The translations under genes were made by a program, and so were the position numbers. Positions 13,152-26,050 of a DNA stretch of 64,000 bases are shown in pieces; the stretch's first letter is position 1; every line of letters starts with the position of its first letter. The notes beneath the pieces are model-generated. The model did no database searches and had not been told where the DNA came from. It saw only the letters and a list, made by a program, of their open reading frames with translations. The DNA is taken from contig JAAOMT010000599.1 of assembly GCA_016748015.1 (NCBI GenBank), forward strand, positions 248,001-312,000, given 5' to 3'. This DNA is from Geosiphon pyriformis uo1 (lineage: Eukaryota > Fungi > Glomeromycota).

Positions 13152-15209
13152 GATGATAATCATTATGATAATAGTGATGAATTTATAGAAAAATCTTTAA
13201 ACAACATTCCATTTTAGAATTCCCATATGCAAAATCGATTATCAGTGGCCAATAGAAGTTTCAAATGGAAACTTAAAGTAAATTATAAAAAGTAATTATC
13301 TTTCACTTTGTATTTCTTTCTTTCCCTCTTTTGCCATTACTGTTTTTTGTTCTTGTCATCATCACTGCTATTTTGCTATCACCTTGATCTGAAATTAAAA
13401 AAATTAGTACTTTTGACCACATATTTTTTTCCTTGACTCTCTATCTCATTTTTTTAATTTCTTTTCCTATTTGCCATTATTTTTATTTTTTAAAATACTG
13501 TAATTACTTACCTTGGTATAAATTGATTAAGAATTAATTTGACCACTTCTTTCAATGAATTTATTTATACATTAGACAACCAAAAAACTTAACATATTAT
13601 CAAATATTTTATGTTGTTGGATGAAGCAAAAAAAAATTGCTGTCAAGATATTTTTTTTCTAAGATAGCTTTTAAAAATATTAATTTTATTACTCTTACCT
13701 TTACCAAAAAATGTTATCTTTATTTACATGTTTTTAATGTCAAGCAAAAAAAATTTTGAATAACTAAAGCAGTCTTTTTATCAATTTTCAATCTAATTTT
13801 ATAAAAAAATAAGTTGATACGATTAATTTTTAAATGCAAAAAAGCTAAATAACTTAACAAAACAGTAATAAATATATGAATATTAATATTTTAATAAATA
13901 AAAATAAAAATAGTACTTGAAAATTTTTTTTGATATTGCTTGAATTTTTTCAAAATTATAAGAAAATAGTAATTGTATTTAGTAATCTATTTAAATACTA
14001 TTATGTTATAACTGCAATTTAACACATAATTAAATTATTATATATTTATTTATTATATAATTTATTAATATTATTACTAAATTTTATAATTTTTTTATAA
14101 TTTTTATAATTTTGTTAAATTTACTATATACAAATTAAAAAAAAACTATATTGGCAAGCCACATATAAAATTTTGTATATATTTTTAGGATAAATTTAGT
14201 TGTAACAACCTGTTACATGAAACAACTTCGAAAATAGCTTCAATTAGGACCGGAAATTTTATTAAATTTTAAAAAAATAACATGTAATAATAATATGTAT
14301 TATTTATTTTTATTGAACAAATTAAAGTTAGATTATTAATTTTACTACAAATAAATACAATGTTTATTTATTGCAAAATAAGAAATAAACAAATAATTTA
14401 CTAAATCTTACCTAATTTTGACATTGTTATTCATAAAAATTAGGAATTATAATAATAAATAAAATAGCCAATCAGAAATAGGTGTAGTAAAAAAAAAATT
14501 CCAGGATTTTTCTTGAAGAATTGCAGAATTTCAAAATTTCAGTATTTTAGAATTCCTTTCAAAGGAATTAAAGAATTTTAAGGAATCTTATATAACATAA
14601 ATTATATATATATAGTAAGAATATTAAAAGCAAAAAAAATAATGAAATCAATTTAATAGAATTCAAAACAACAATATTCTTTCTTTTAAAAAATAGTTTT
14701 CTATAACTTGAAATAAAATTACATCAATATCAATAAAATTATCTATTATTATCTAATTTATGTTATTATTACTTAATTAAAAAAATATTAATTCATTTAC
14801 TCTATTAATACTCTATGTTAATAAAATTCAATACTTAATCACACTGGAACAATAGTTCTTAATTATAGTTATTAACAGAATACTAATTTTTTATTTTTTA
14901 TTTTATTTTTTTTTGTTTTATTTTTTTGTTGTTTACTAATTAATTAAAAAAATTAAGTACTAAGTATTTAATATCAAAGATAGCCTGGTAAAAAACCCAA
15001 AAACAAGAGTAAAAATTTAAGAATAACTTATCAGAAGAGCACAACTGTCAAAATAAACCAGTCATTACACTAAAAAAAATTTACCAAAAAAACCATCAAT
15101 TAAATCTCTATATATTATATAAAAAACTCAACCAAAATCTTCAAACTTTAAAACTTTCAGAAATTATCAACATTTTTAGCTATTGAATACCAAGTTATGG
15201 ATTTGTTAT

Positions 15210-17600
15210 TTGTAATAATATTTTATATTATTGTATTTTAAAAACCATATCTACTACAAGTATATTTTATGTATAGTTTTTTTTAGTAGCAAACTTATAA
15301 TGTTTGGTTTCTGGGCATTTTTTATATTGTAATATTAATAGATTTTCAACTTGCTTAAGCTTATTTTTTTTATTAGTATTATCAACTTAATTGTTCACCA
15401 GAACTTGGTCTTAATTTTAAAATATAAGCATCATTTTTTTATATTGGCCAATAAATTGTTATAACTATATTATTATCTTATTATAATTGTTATAATTAAT
15501 AATCAGCTAAACAATCTGTCATATAAATCTTTATACTTTATTATATTTTTGTTTTTTCTGTGTTATAAAATATAAAATATTGATAATAGTTTTAGGTATA
15601 ATTAAAAGATTTAAGATTATTATTTTATCAAAAAAAATTTTTGTAGTCTTTTGATTTATAAAGCAAAAAGCTTCAATGACTAAATTATTGTCTTTTTTTT
15701 TATTAATATACTATTATGAGAATATTATTTGAATATAAAACTCCACAATTTTTGAATATAGTATTATTTAAAAATAATAACAACAAACAATACTACAAGA
15801 TATACTAGACAAGCATAAATAAAAATAAAAAACAGAATTAACAATTATAATAAAATATAAATAATTGTTGTTTTCTGGTTATAAATTTGTAATTTTTCAT
15901 ATTTCTTTGATGTTTTTTTCATTAACTTCAGCAATCATTGATTTTAATAAGATTTGTTTTATGTTGTACAGATATTTAATGAAATTATCTATTATATTAA
16001 GATTGGAATTTTAACTATTAAAATATTGTTAAATAAATAATTTGAAAAAATACATTAGAAAATAAATTTTTTTATTTTATTATAAGTATTAATATTTAAT
16101 AATAATTGACTCATAATAAAATATAGGCATTATGCCATTTTTAAATGTTTTATAAATAAGATATAAGACATAAAATATTGAGTTATTTATTTGTTAATCT
16201 CAAAAAAGAGATTATAATCAACTAATATAATTTTTATATAAGATAAAAGTATATGATATTCAAAAAAACAATTTTATTCTGCCTTACTTTCAAGTCTTGT
16301 ATCTAATATATTAGCAAGATTACACAAACTGCTATTTGCTGAAAATATGTATTTAATATAAAAAATAGTTTGAGTTCTTGCAGTAAATATTTTTGATATA
16401 AATGCATAAATTCATACTTGTTAATTAAGATAAAAAGCTTTTATTAAGTAATTTTTAGTATTAACATATATTTTAGTAAGTTGTAACTATTATCATAGAA
16501 ATTTTTTTTACATAAATTATTGTGACATAAAAAAAAATTATGAACAAAGCTTTTATATTAATTATAAAACTTTGACTTAAAATTTTTTGATAAGTTTTTA
16601 TTAATGTAAAAAATACAATAAATTTGGTAGATTATTTTATATACTTAAATAATTGTTACATTTACTATAAAATTAGCATTAGTAATAAACATTAATAGTT
16701 TTGTTATTGTTGCTTTTTTTGTGTATTTTAAAATCTATTTATATGATTTGATAGTTTTATCTAATACAAAGACTTATATAATAAGATGAAATTTTGTATT
16801 ATTATTTATAATAAAAAAAAGAAAGTGATATCTAATAGCAGTTGGTTTTTGTTGTATTATCATTTAAAACAATATTATAGTACTATAATCAAAGAATAAC
16901 TTGTGTAAAAAACATTTAAAATACACAGATAAGCTAATTTTTATTAATTTCAAACTTTATAACTTATTTAAAATTATTTAATTTGTGATTTATAAGAGTT
17001 ATTAACAAGCAAAATGTATTGTGCTTTTTGTTGTTATAAACTTTAAATATTTATATTGTATTTATAAAGTCACAATTAAAAATAGATACTGTTGGAAATT
17101 TCATTTTTAATAATTTTTTTGAATAATAATTGATAGATTTGTACATTTTATAAAAAATTAGATTTCTTAAAAAATGTTATCTGAAATTTTTCAATACATT
17201 AAAACATATTTTTTAGTATTAAATATAATAAATAATTCTATGTATCATTAAGAATAATGAAAATTATTTTGCATAAATTTTTGATATAATTAATATTGGC
17301 ATACCAACTATATCTTTAATGTTTTAATTTAATATTCTAATAATTTTGAATGTTGATCTTTTTTTTGGTTCATATTGACTGCCAAATTCACATCCAAAAA
17401 TGCAATATTTAATACTGCTATCTGAATGTTGTTTTAATTTCTTCTGAATAACTTTAAATTCTTGTTATTTATTATAAATCTTTATAATTATATTAATATT
17501 TTCTTATGTTACAAAAGCATAACTGGTACAAAGTCTTATAGCTAAATAAATATAAAAAAATCTGACACTAAATATGACTGAAATTATAACTAAAAATCTT
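15210..17600 (-). pseudogene. Degenerate FAR1-related / MULE (Mutator-like) transposase
   Basis: Manual minus-strand translation gives IKYCIFGCEFG (FAR1 DNA-binding-like, ~17390-17420), IVLNDNTTKTNCY*ISLS and YK*ILKYTKKATITKLLMFITNAN (MULE DDE core, ~16670-16880), and KIFTARTQT...SANSSLCNLANILDTRLEK (~16290-16400). A decayed basic/Zn-knuckle-like C-terminus lies at ~15220-15345. Many stops; boundaries approximate. Confidence 0.8.
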
Positions 17601-17699
17601 ATCTCTATTTATAGGCACTTGGTTATTTAATTAAAATAGATCTTTATTAACATTATTATTGGAGGTTTTTGGTTTTTTTTCTTGAATGTTGCTAATTTT

Positions 17700-20600
17700 A
17701 CATTTTCTGGAAGCAGTTGAACCTTCAATAACTGAATTTATCTTTAAATTATCTTCTATAATTTGAACTGCTAGACTTATAAGTAAAATAACCAATTCCA
17801 TACCAGTTGCTTTGTGTAGTTATATTGTAGTAAATATCAATTTTTTTCCAGAAATTGCTCATCTGGAAGTTCACTAAAATGTGTAGTTAATTTGCTGTAA
17901 AAGTCAACTCTTCTACAAAAATCTCATCTGTAGACTACCTTAATGATTATAATAAGAAAATAAAAGAAAAATAAAAGAAATGTAAAAGAAATAGAATTTT
18001 GTCAAGGGAAAACGTTTTCTATCCAAGCCTAGAGTTACTAACAAATTACTGAAATTAGTAACTAATCAATTTCAAAATATTAGTTGTGTTGAAGAAATTT
18101 CAAGTGTAATAATCAAAGGATTTGGTTTTTGAATATTTAATTTTTATTTGAAATATGTAAAAAGTGATTTGTTCTAATTAAGATATCTAAAGTAAAATAC
18201 TATGGTAAAGTACTATGGAAAGATACATTTTTTTGAAGAGAAAAGCTTTTTTTTTATACAACTTGTTGTAGTACTAGTCTTTGAACTTGCACTTTTTTTT
18301 TGCTCTAATTTCAGTAAATTAAAGATATATTTTGGTAAATTACAAGTTATTTCTACAAATTATTGATTATTTTGGTCAATTTTTATTAATTTCGACGAAT
18401 TTTGACTATTTTAAATGGTTCAGGATATTGTGTAATTTGATTATCTTAATTTTTATGATTCAAATCAGGTTATTAATTGAGTGATAATATTTGATAATTT
18501 AATTAAATAATAAGTGATAATTGAAAAAATAATAGTATATGCTAATTAATAATAGGAATTATGAGGATAATTTTATGCTAATTAATAGCTAAAATTCTAC
18601 TGGTAACAACATAATTTAAGAGTTGATTAATTAATTCTATATTAGAAATTGATTTTAAATTAGGATAAAAATAACTTTAGTCTTTAAACACATGATTTTT
18701 TACTAAACATATATACATATTTTCCTTTAAAAATGAACTAATTATTTCTTTTTACTTTGTATTTACACTAAAATATTAATCTTAATATGATATATAATAT
18801 ATAAAATATTATATTTAAAATTGTCAATATATTATTAATTATAATACTAATTAATATATCTAAGTAAATATTATCTAAAATAGTTTGAAGAGTCAAATTT
18901 TGAATAATCTGTTGCTTTTAACATTTTAAAATCTATAATTTATACTTAATACACAAATTTCCATGTTTAAATTTATAATATACAAGTTTTTTTATAACTT
19001 AAGCACTATTTGAAACAAAAAAAACTTCTTGTTGTACAAGAATAAAAGCAATTACACCAAAAAATTTGATGTGTTTTTATACTACAGATAATATGTATTA
19101 AATTCAAAAATCATGTGATGTGATATATGTAATTTATTTTTAACTATGAAAATGATTAATATTATATAATTTAATACAGATTGAGATGTCGATCACTGCG
19201 CCATATATAACACGTGTTACACGTACCATATATGGCGCAGTAATCGACGAAACAACTACATTTACGTGCCACAATATTAAATTACGTGCTTTTCCGAGAT
19301 TATTACAATTTTTTTTGTAACAGATTATTACAAATCTATTAATTCTTACCAATTTTATTAATTTTAATTAAAATAAAAAATTACTTGGAAATTTTAAAAT
19401 AAATATGTTTAATATTTTTAATAATAAAAATAATAATTTAATATTAATACAATAAAAATTTAATTATAATTATTAAAAAATATTGTTTATTTAAATATAG
19501 ATTATTTTTAATATTAAAGTAAAAATAAAATTTTTTTTTGTTTTAATTATAAATAGTTTTTTTAAATTTTATAATATTATTCTTAAAAAATTAATAAAAA
19601 TAATTATTTAAGCATAATAATTATAAAATAAAAAACTTAGAAATTTGGTTTTTAATTTTAATTAATAAATATATTTTAAAAATTAAAAGTTTTAATATTA
19701 TTTTATAAGTTTTAATATTTAAAAAGTTTTTTTAAAGTAAAAACAACTAAATAATACTTTTTTAAAATGTTTTTAATAATATAAAAAAATCAATTTTTAA
19801 TTATTATAAAAACATTATTTTTAATTTTAAATATAAGTTTTTTCTATTTAAAATATTATTTAAGCAATTAATTAACTTTGTTTTAATATAATTACTATAA
19901 TTATAAAAATTTTTAACAATAAATTAATAATTAATTAATTTATTTTTTTTGTGATTTTTTTTATATTTGCTTAAATAATTAAAAAATCAAAACTAATTTT
20001 TTTATTTTTAATTTAAAACAATCTTTTTTAAATACTAAATAAATATTTTTTTTTGATGTTTTTTAAAGTATTATTTTTATTTTAAAATTTGTCTTTTTTT
20101 ATAAATAATAAAATATTAATTTTATCTGATTTTTTGGTATTTATATTAATTATAATATTTAATCTAAATCTGATTATAAATACTAATTTTTTTTTTATTT
20201 AAATAATAATATATAATTAAATTATTTATTATGTTAAATTCCAATTAATTTTACCAATTTTAATAATAAAACAAGTTATATTTCTATTGTTATCAATAAA
20301 AATTGAGTCATTAATTAGCATAAATTTATTTTTATAATTTTTATTATTAAATAATATATATTATTGTTTAATTTATTACTTATTATTTAATTAAATTATT
20401 AAATATTATTATCTAATTAATAATTTAATTTGTATAATATATAAGCATAATTAAATATAATAATTATATTTTACAATACTTAAAATTTGTAATATTTAAA
20501 AATTTACCAAAATAATTTATAGTCTATTAAAATATTTAAAAACTCAATATTTTTTATTTATTGTTTTAAAATTTACAATTTTTATTAATATTTTAAAATT

Positions 20601-21700
20601 AATTTATTACTAATTTTAGTATTAGTTTAATTATTAAAAATTTACAGATAAGATTTTTTTGTAAAAAAATTAACTTTTACAATAAAATAACTATATATTA
20701 TTAAAAAAATCTACAGTTAAAAATTTTTGGAAAAAGATTTAACTTTTATTACAAAATAATTAAACAAGTAATTAATATAAAATTGGTTATTTTATTATAA
20801 ATTTAATAATTTTTATTTATAATAATATTAATAAATAAAATTAATATTAATAATATTACAAAAAACTATTAAAACTTTTAATAATATTAAAAAAATTGAA
20901 TTATTAATTAGCATATAATATTACTTTATTTTTTTAATTATTATTTAAATAATAACTTAATTTATATAATATATAAATATAATTAAAAACAATAATCAAA
21001 TTATAAAATATATTAAACTATATAACATTTAAAAATTTGTTAAAATATTTGAAAATTTAATAAAAAATTCAATAGTTTATTAAAATAAATTACAGTTTAC
21101 TAAAATACATATTTGGTTTTAAGTTTATAAAAATATTAGCAAAAAAAAGAGTATTAAAACTTAAAATAATGCTATAATTAAATAAATATAAAAAAACTTT
21201 ACTTTTTAAGAAAATATGTTATATTTTATCAATTATTACAAATAAAAAATAAACTTGTCTATAATTTTTTTTCTTAAAATTAAATCATTTTTAATTAATA
21301 CTTTGAAATTAATTAACTATTAATTTTAATAGACCAAAATTAGTCTTTTTACAAATTTATAAAGAAATATTGTTGTTTTTTTATTTACTTATTATTTTTA
21401 TATTATTGAAAATACAGTTAAGATTTTCTATAAAAGAATTAATTTTTATTGCAAAATAATTTTACATTATTAAAGAACTTACAATTAGAATTTCTGTAGA
21501 AAAGTTGACTTTTATCACAAAATAACTATATAAATTTATTGGTATAAAATTGGCCATTTCATTATAAGTCCAACAGAATATATAGTCTAAAGTATAAAAA
21601 AATACTTTGAAGATAAAATAACTTATTAGAGTTTTATTAACAACAGAATTAAAAGAAAAATTGACATTAACAACATTAAAAAAAAACGCCAGTTTAATTT
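17700..21700. repeat. Three diverged copies of a TE-associated segment: one minus-strand (~17700-18600) and two plus-strand (~20300-20830, ~20900-21700)
   Basis: The reverse complement of 18481-18590 (TTAATTAGCATAAAATTATCCTCATAATT...) matches 20311-20410. TGTAGAAGAGTTGACTTTTAC-like units occur at ~17895-17916 (minus) and ~20660 and ~21495 (plus). Confidence 0.7.
19188..19248. repeat. 21-bp inverted repeat (hairpin) with an internal 10-bp palindrome
   Basis: GTCGATCACTGCGCCATATAT (19188-19208) pairs with ATATATGGCGCAGTAATCGAC (19228-19248), 1 mismatch. The spacer contains AACACGTGTT. Confidence 0.9.
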
Positions 21701-22766
21701 AGAATATTTTGCTAATATATTGTATTAAATAGCAATTGGGCCATATTTTGTTAAAGTATAATAATAAAAAATAATGTTAATAGTATTTTAATCAACATAA
21801 AAAAATCTCTTTTTTTAACAAAAATTATTTTTATTAAAATTGTTTTTAATGTTATTAAATTAATTTAAAATATTTTTTAAATCTTCTTTTTTGAAAACAA
21901 GTATTAATTTAAAAAATTAAAAATAAATACATTTTTAGAAAATATGAAAATTTAAAATTAATTACATATTATTGTAATTTTGTATTGTTTTCAATAATTA
22001 AGATTTAAAGCTTATAATTAACAAACAATAAATTTGATTATTAAAACATTAAATTTTATACTTTTAGGATAATATTTGTTGCAAATATCTTAAATATTTA
22101 CAAACATTGTTTAAATTATTTAAAACAAAATATTTATACATTTTTTTAAGCAATGGAAACTTAAACTTCAAAAAACTCTTAGAATTATTGATCAAATGAT
22201 GTTTTTTTACACATTCTTAAAAATAAAACACAAATCGCATTTTTGATTATTAGTAAAAATAAGTTATCCAAAAATTGCAAACTTTTTATTTTAATTATTA
22301 AGATCCCAATTAAGTAAAATTAAAATTATAAAAGATTAATCACAATTAAAACCCTTTAATAAAATTGGAAATCATAATTAAGATAATTATTAAAGCTTAT
22401 TTTTACTTTATATTGCTTGCTCGATTTTCACTAAAGATTGCTTTATTCAGTATTTTAAATGGAATTAGGTTCATGGTTATTGTTAAAAATACTTAATAGT
22501 AATAGAATTTAACAATTCAAAGTTTCTTTAATCAAAGATAAATTTTCCAATGAATTTAATTAAAAGAATTTCTTTTACTACTATAGGCTGCATTTTACCA
22601 ATAATCTGGTAATCAATAACCGATGCGTCAGAATAACGTAATTCCCAAGAAAAAGATGGTGATCATGTTTAAGTTATTCCGGGTTGTAAATTGATAAATT
22701 ACCGACCTAAAAAATATCCGCTCTTTTTTAAATCAATTATTTTGATTCTCTTTATTATTAGCGTCC

Positions 22767-24063
22767 ATGAACTTTGATTTTATTGGCTTACTTGAAAGAC
22801 TGGTTGAAAAAAACCTTTCGTATGATAACAAGTCGAAACAGAAAAATTGTTTTATCGTCATAGGAAATGAATCTGCAGGTAATTTTGCGTGTTTATGTGA
22901 TTATGTCTGGAATTAACTTAATAGATACCTTTTGCTTAATCCCCATGTCTTTTTTTTGGATTAAAGATCTCGATTCAATTATCGGTTCTCTGGGTTATGC
23001 TTACTTGAATCAAAGATTAGGCGGCACAAGTGATGATATTTATCTTCCCGTTATCCAAATACCACGACAAGATCTTTCTCTTCGGCCTGAATGTGAATTT
23101 GTATTTCGGGAATGTGGAATCAACACCCAAAATTTTGTGTTTATAGAAGATTTTCAGGCCCAGTCTGATTCACTCACAGCAAATTATAATGTTCGTATCG
23201 TTATGGTTGATCATAACAAATTACTTCCTTCTTGGGAGAGATTCACGGATCGAGTTGATGTCATACTTGATCATCATCAAGACGAAGGGTTGTATTTAAG
23301 AGCACAGCCACGATGGATTGAACCTGTTGGTTCCGCTTCATCTTTAGTAGTTCTAACGTGTCGTGGAAGATGGAAAGCGGAATATGACGAGAATGACGAA
23401 GAAACAAGATTGTGGGATAAAAAAGTAGCAAAATTACTATTGGCTCCAATATTAATCGATACGGTTCTTTTAGATTTTTCCAAAGGCAGGACAACATCCA
23501 AAGATCAAGAAGCTGCAAATTTTCTACTTAATATCCTTCAGCCTGATAATAATTGGAATCAGCTCATCAAGGAATACTATAATAGCATTCAAGAAGGACG
23601 TTACAGTGTTTTTCATCTCCAAACCAGTGATTTACTTCGAAAAGATTATAAAGAATGGTCCTCGGTTGGAGATTTTCATCTGGGAATGTCGAGCGTTACT
23701 TGGTATTTGGATGCCTGGATCGAAAGGGATTGTGGACTCGACACTTGGATCAAGCATCTTAGAACTTATGCTGAAAAAAAACAACTGGATTTATTTATTG
23801 TGATGACAACTTATCATCATCCAGAAGGATTTCAAAGAGAGTTAGTAGTATATCCGATTGCGGATGCTTTGAAGAACGGAGAATTTATATCCAAATTATT
23901 GAATTCTGATCTCAACTTGGAGGATTATTCGTCTCAGCATGTTCTACCCGGAAAACTGGGAGGAATTTTTCTTTATCAGCAAAAAAACCTAAAATGGTCC
24001 CGAAAGCAGGTATACCCTTTCCTCAAAAGTGTACTCCAATCAATGCCAGTGGTTAAGCCATAA
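22767..24063 (+). CDS. PPX1: Exopolyphosphatase (DHH/PRUNE family); exons 22767-22878 and 22967-24063
   Basis: Splicing rebuilds GNESADLDS. Also MVDHN, ILDHH, VGSASSLV, ILIDT, LLRKDYKEW and SRKQVYP. Confidence 0.93.
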
Positions 24064-24249
24064 AACTTTGACCGTTTTGGGTAATGGATTGATTGGAAGA
24101 GATATTCTAGAAGCTGTTTTAATTTATGAAACCATTTTTCAAAAACCACTTGTCAAAAGTTCCCATATATTCAATAACCAAGACTCAAAATTGTGAGAGA
24201 ATTGGCATTCATTGTTTCTTAACTAAGCTTTCTTTAAATTTTTGATTAT

Positions 24250-26050
24250 TACATGTTTACAAGTTTAGAAAAATAAAGTTTGTTTTGCTTTTATTTAACA
24301 CATTATTTTACATATATTTATATAAAATTATTTTGTTTTTTTTGCCCTATTTAAACAAAATTTGTAAATATATTAATAAAATTTATCAAAAAATTTTATG
24401 TAATATAATTTTTTTTAATAGTAAATAAAGAAACCAAAAAACAAATTAACAAGTAAAAAATATTTTATTTTTGTAATTAATTTATTAGCTTAATAATTAT
24501 AAAAATAATTATAATAATATTTTTTTATTTATATATTAATATAAAATAATTAGTAAATTACATAAATAAATTGATTTTAAAAACATTAATTTATAATTTT
24601 TTTTTTCTTTTAATTTTATAATTATAATGAAACAAACAATAAAAAAATAACTTTTACTTTTTTTTATAATAATTGTTTTTACAATTATTTAAAAAACTTT
24701 TTTAATTACAAAAACAGTTAAATAAAATATTGTAAAAATACTGTTTTTTTTAATATTATAAATAAAAAACAGTTTTTAATTGTTTTAATAACATCTTTTT
24801 TTTCGTTAAAAATTTTTTAAAATAATATTTTAAATCTAAATTTAATATTATTAATACTATTTAAATAATCAAAAAAAATTAAAACAGTTAAAACACAACT
24901 TTTATTATTATTTAATATTATACTAATAAATTTTTTTATTATTTTTAAAAAAAGTTTTTCTTTTAGCATTTTATATATTATTAGTTCTGTATTTTTAAAT
25001 TTTTTATTATTGTCTTAAAATTTGTTTTTTTTTTTAAAATTTAAAAATTTAAAATTTATTTATTATTATTATTATTATTAATTAGTTTTAGTTTAATTAT
25101 ATTAATAATACTCTTTTTAATTAAAATAACAACAACAATAATAATAACAATATATTTATTAAAATAAATATAAATTAAAATTTAATTATATTGTTTTTGT
25201 TATTGTATTTTGTAAAAATATTTATTATTAAGTTAAAAATTATTAATTTTTTATTAATTATACAGTTAATAAAATTATTTAAATATATAATCAAACATGT
25301 TTTATGCTTTTGTTATTTAATTTATTATTAATTTTAAAATTTAAATTTTATGCTAAGACTTGTTTTTTGAATTTTTTTGTTGTTGTTGTTGTTGTTGTTA
25401 TTGTTGTTGTTGTTGTAATTATTAATTCTATAGTTAGTTTTAAATTAGCTTTTTTGAAATATAAGTTAATTAAATTGGTTTTATTAATTAAATTTATTGT
25501 TAAACTTATTAATATTGGTTTTATAATTAAAAATTTATTAAATAATAAAAAAATATTTAATAAAAATAATAGTGCTTTAAAAGCTTTAGATTTTTAATAT
25601 TAAATTTAATACAAAAAAGATTACTGTTTGGTTAACTGGTTTAATTTTGGTAATAATAGTTTGGTTGTAATTATATAAAAAATGACATTTTTAAATAAAT
25701 TTACTTTAGTAGATTTAACATAATATGTTTGATTTATATGTAAAAAATACATAAATTATATTTAATTTTGAATACTTAGTTGTTGTATTCTATTAAATAA
25801 TAATAAAACTTTACATGTTAAATAATAATAATAAATTTGATAAAATAATTTTAAATTATTATAAAAAAACTTTGTTATTATGTGTTATTATAAATTCAAG
25901 ATAAAATTTAACTAAGTAAGTTTATACAATTTTATAATACCAAAAAACTATTTTTGGTGTCTGATCTAGTTATACTTAGAGCGAATTTTTATATTAAATC
26001 ATATTTATTATTATCAAATAAGAGTCAATTTATACAATAATATATAGTAA
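24250..26050. mobile_element. Second AT-rich degenerate repeat/TE-like block, family not identified
   Basis: Same extreme G+C and CpG depletion as 13-22 kb. No recognisable protein motif recovered by eye. Confidence 0.45.

Larger units (their letters stand above)
13250..22550. mobile_element. Block of extremely AT-rich, degenerate transposon remnants
   Basis: Abrupt drop in G+C and near absence of CpG. No intact ORFs. Internal diverged repeats and one recognisable transposase relic. Confidence 0.8.
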
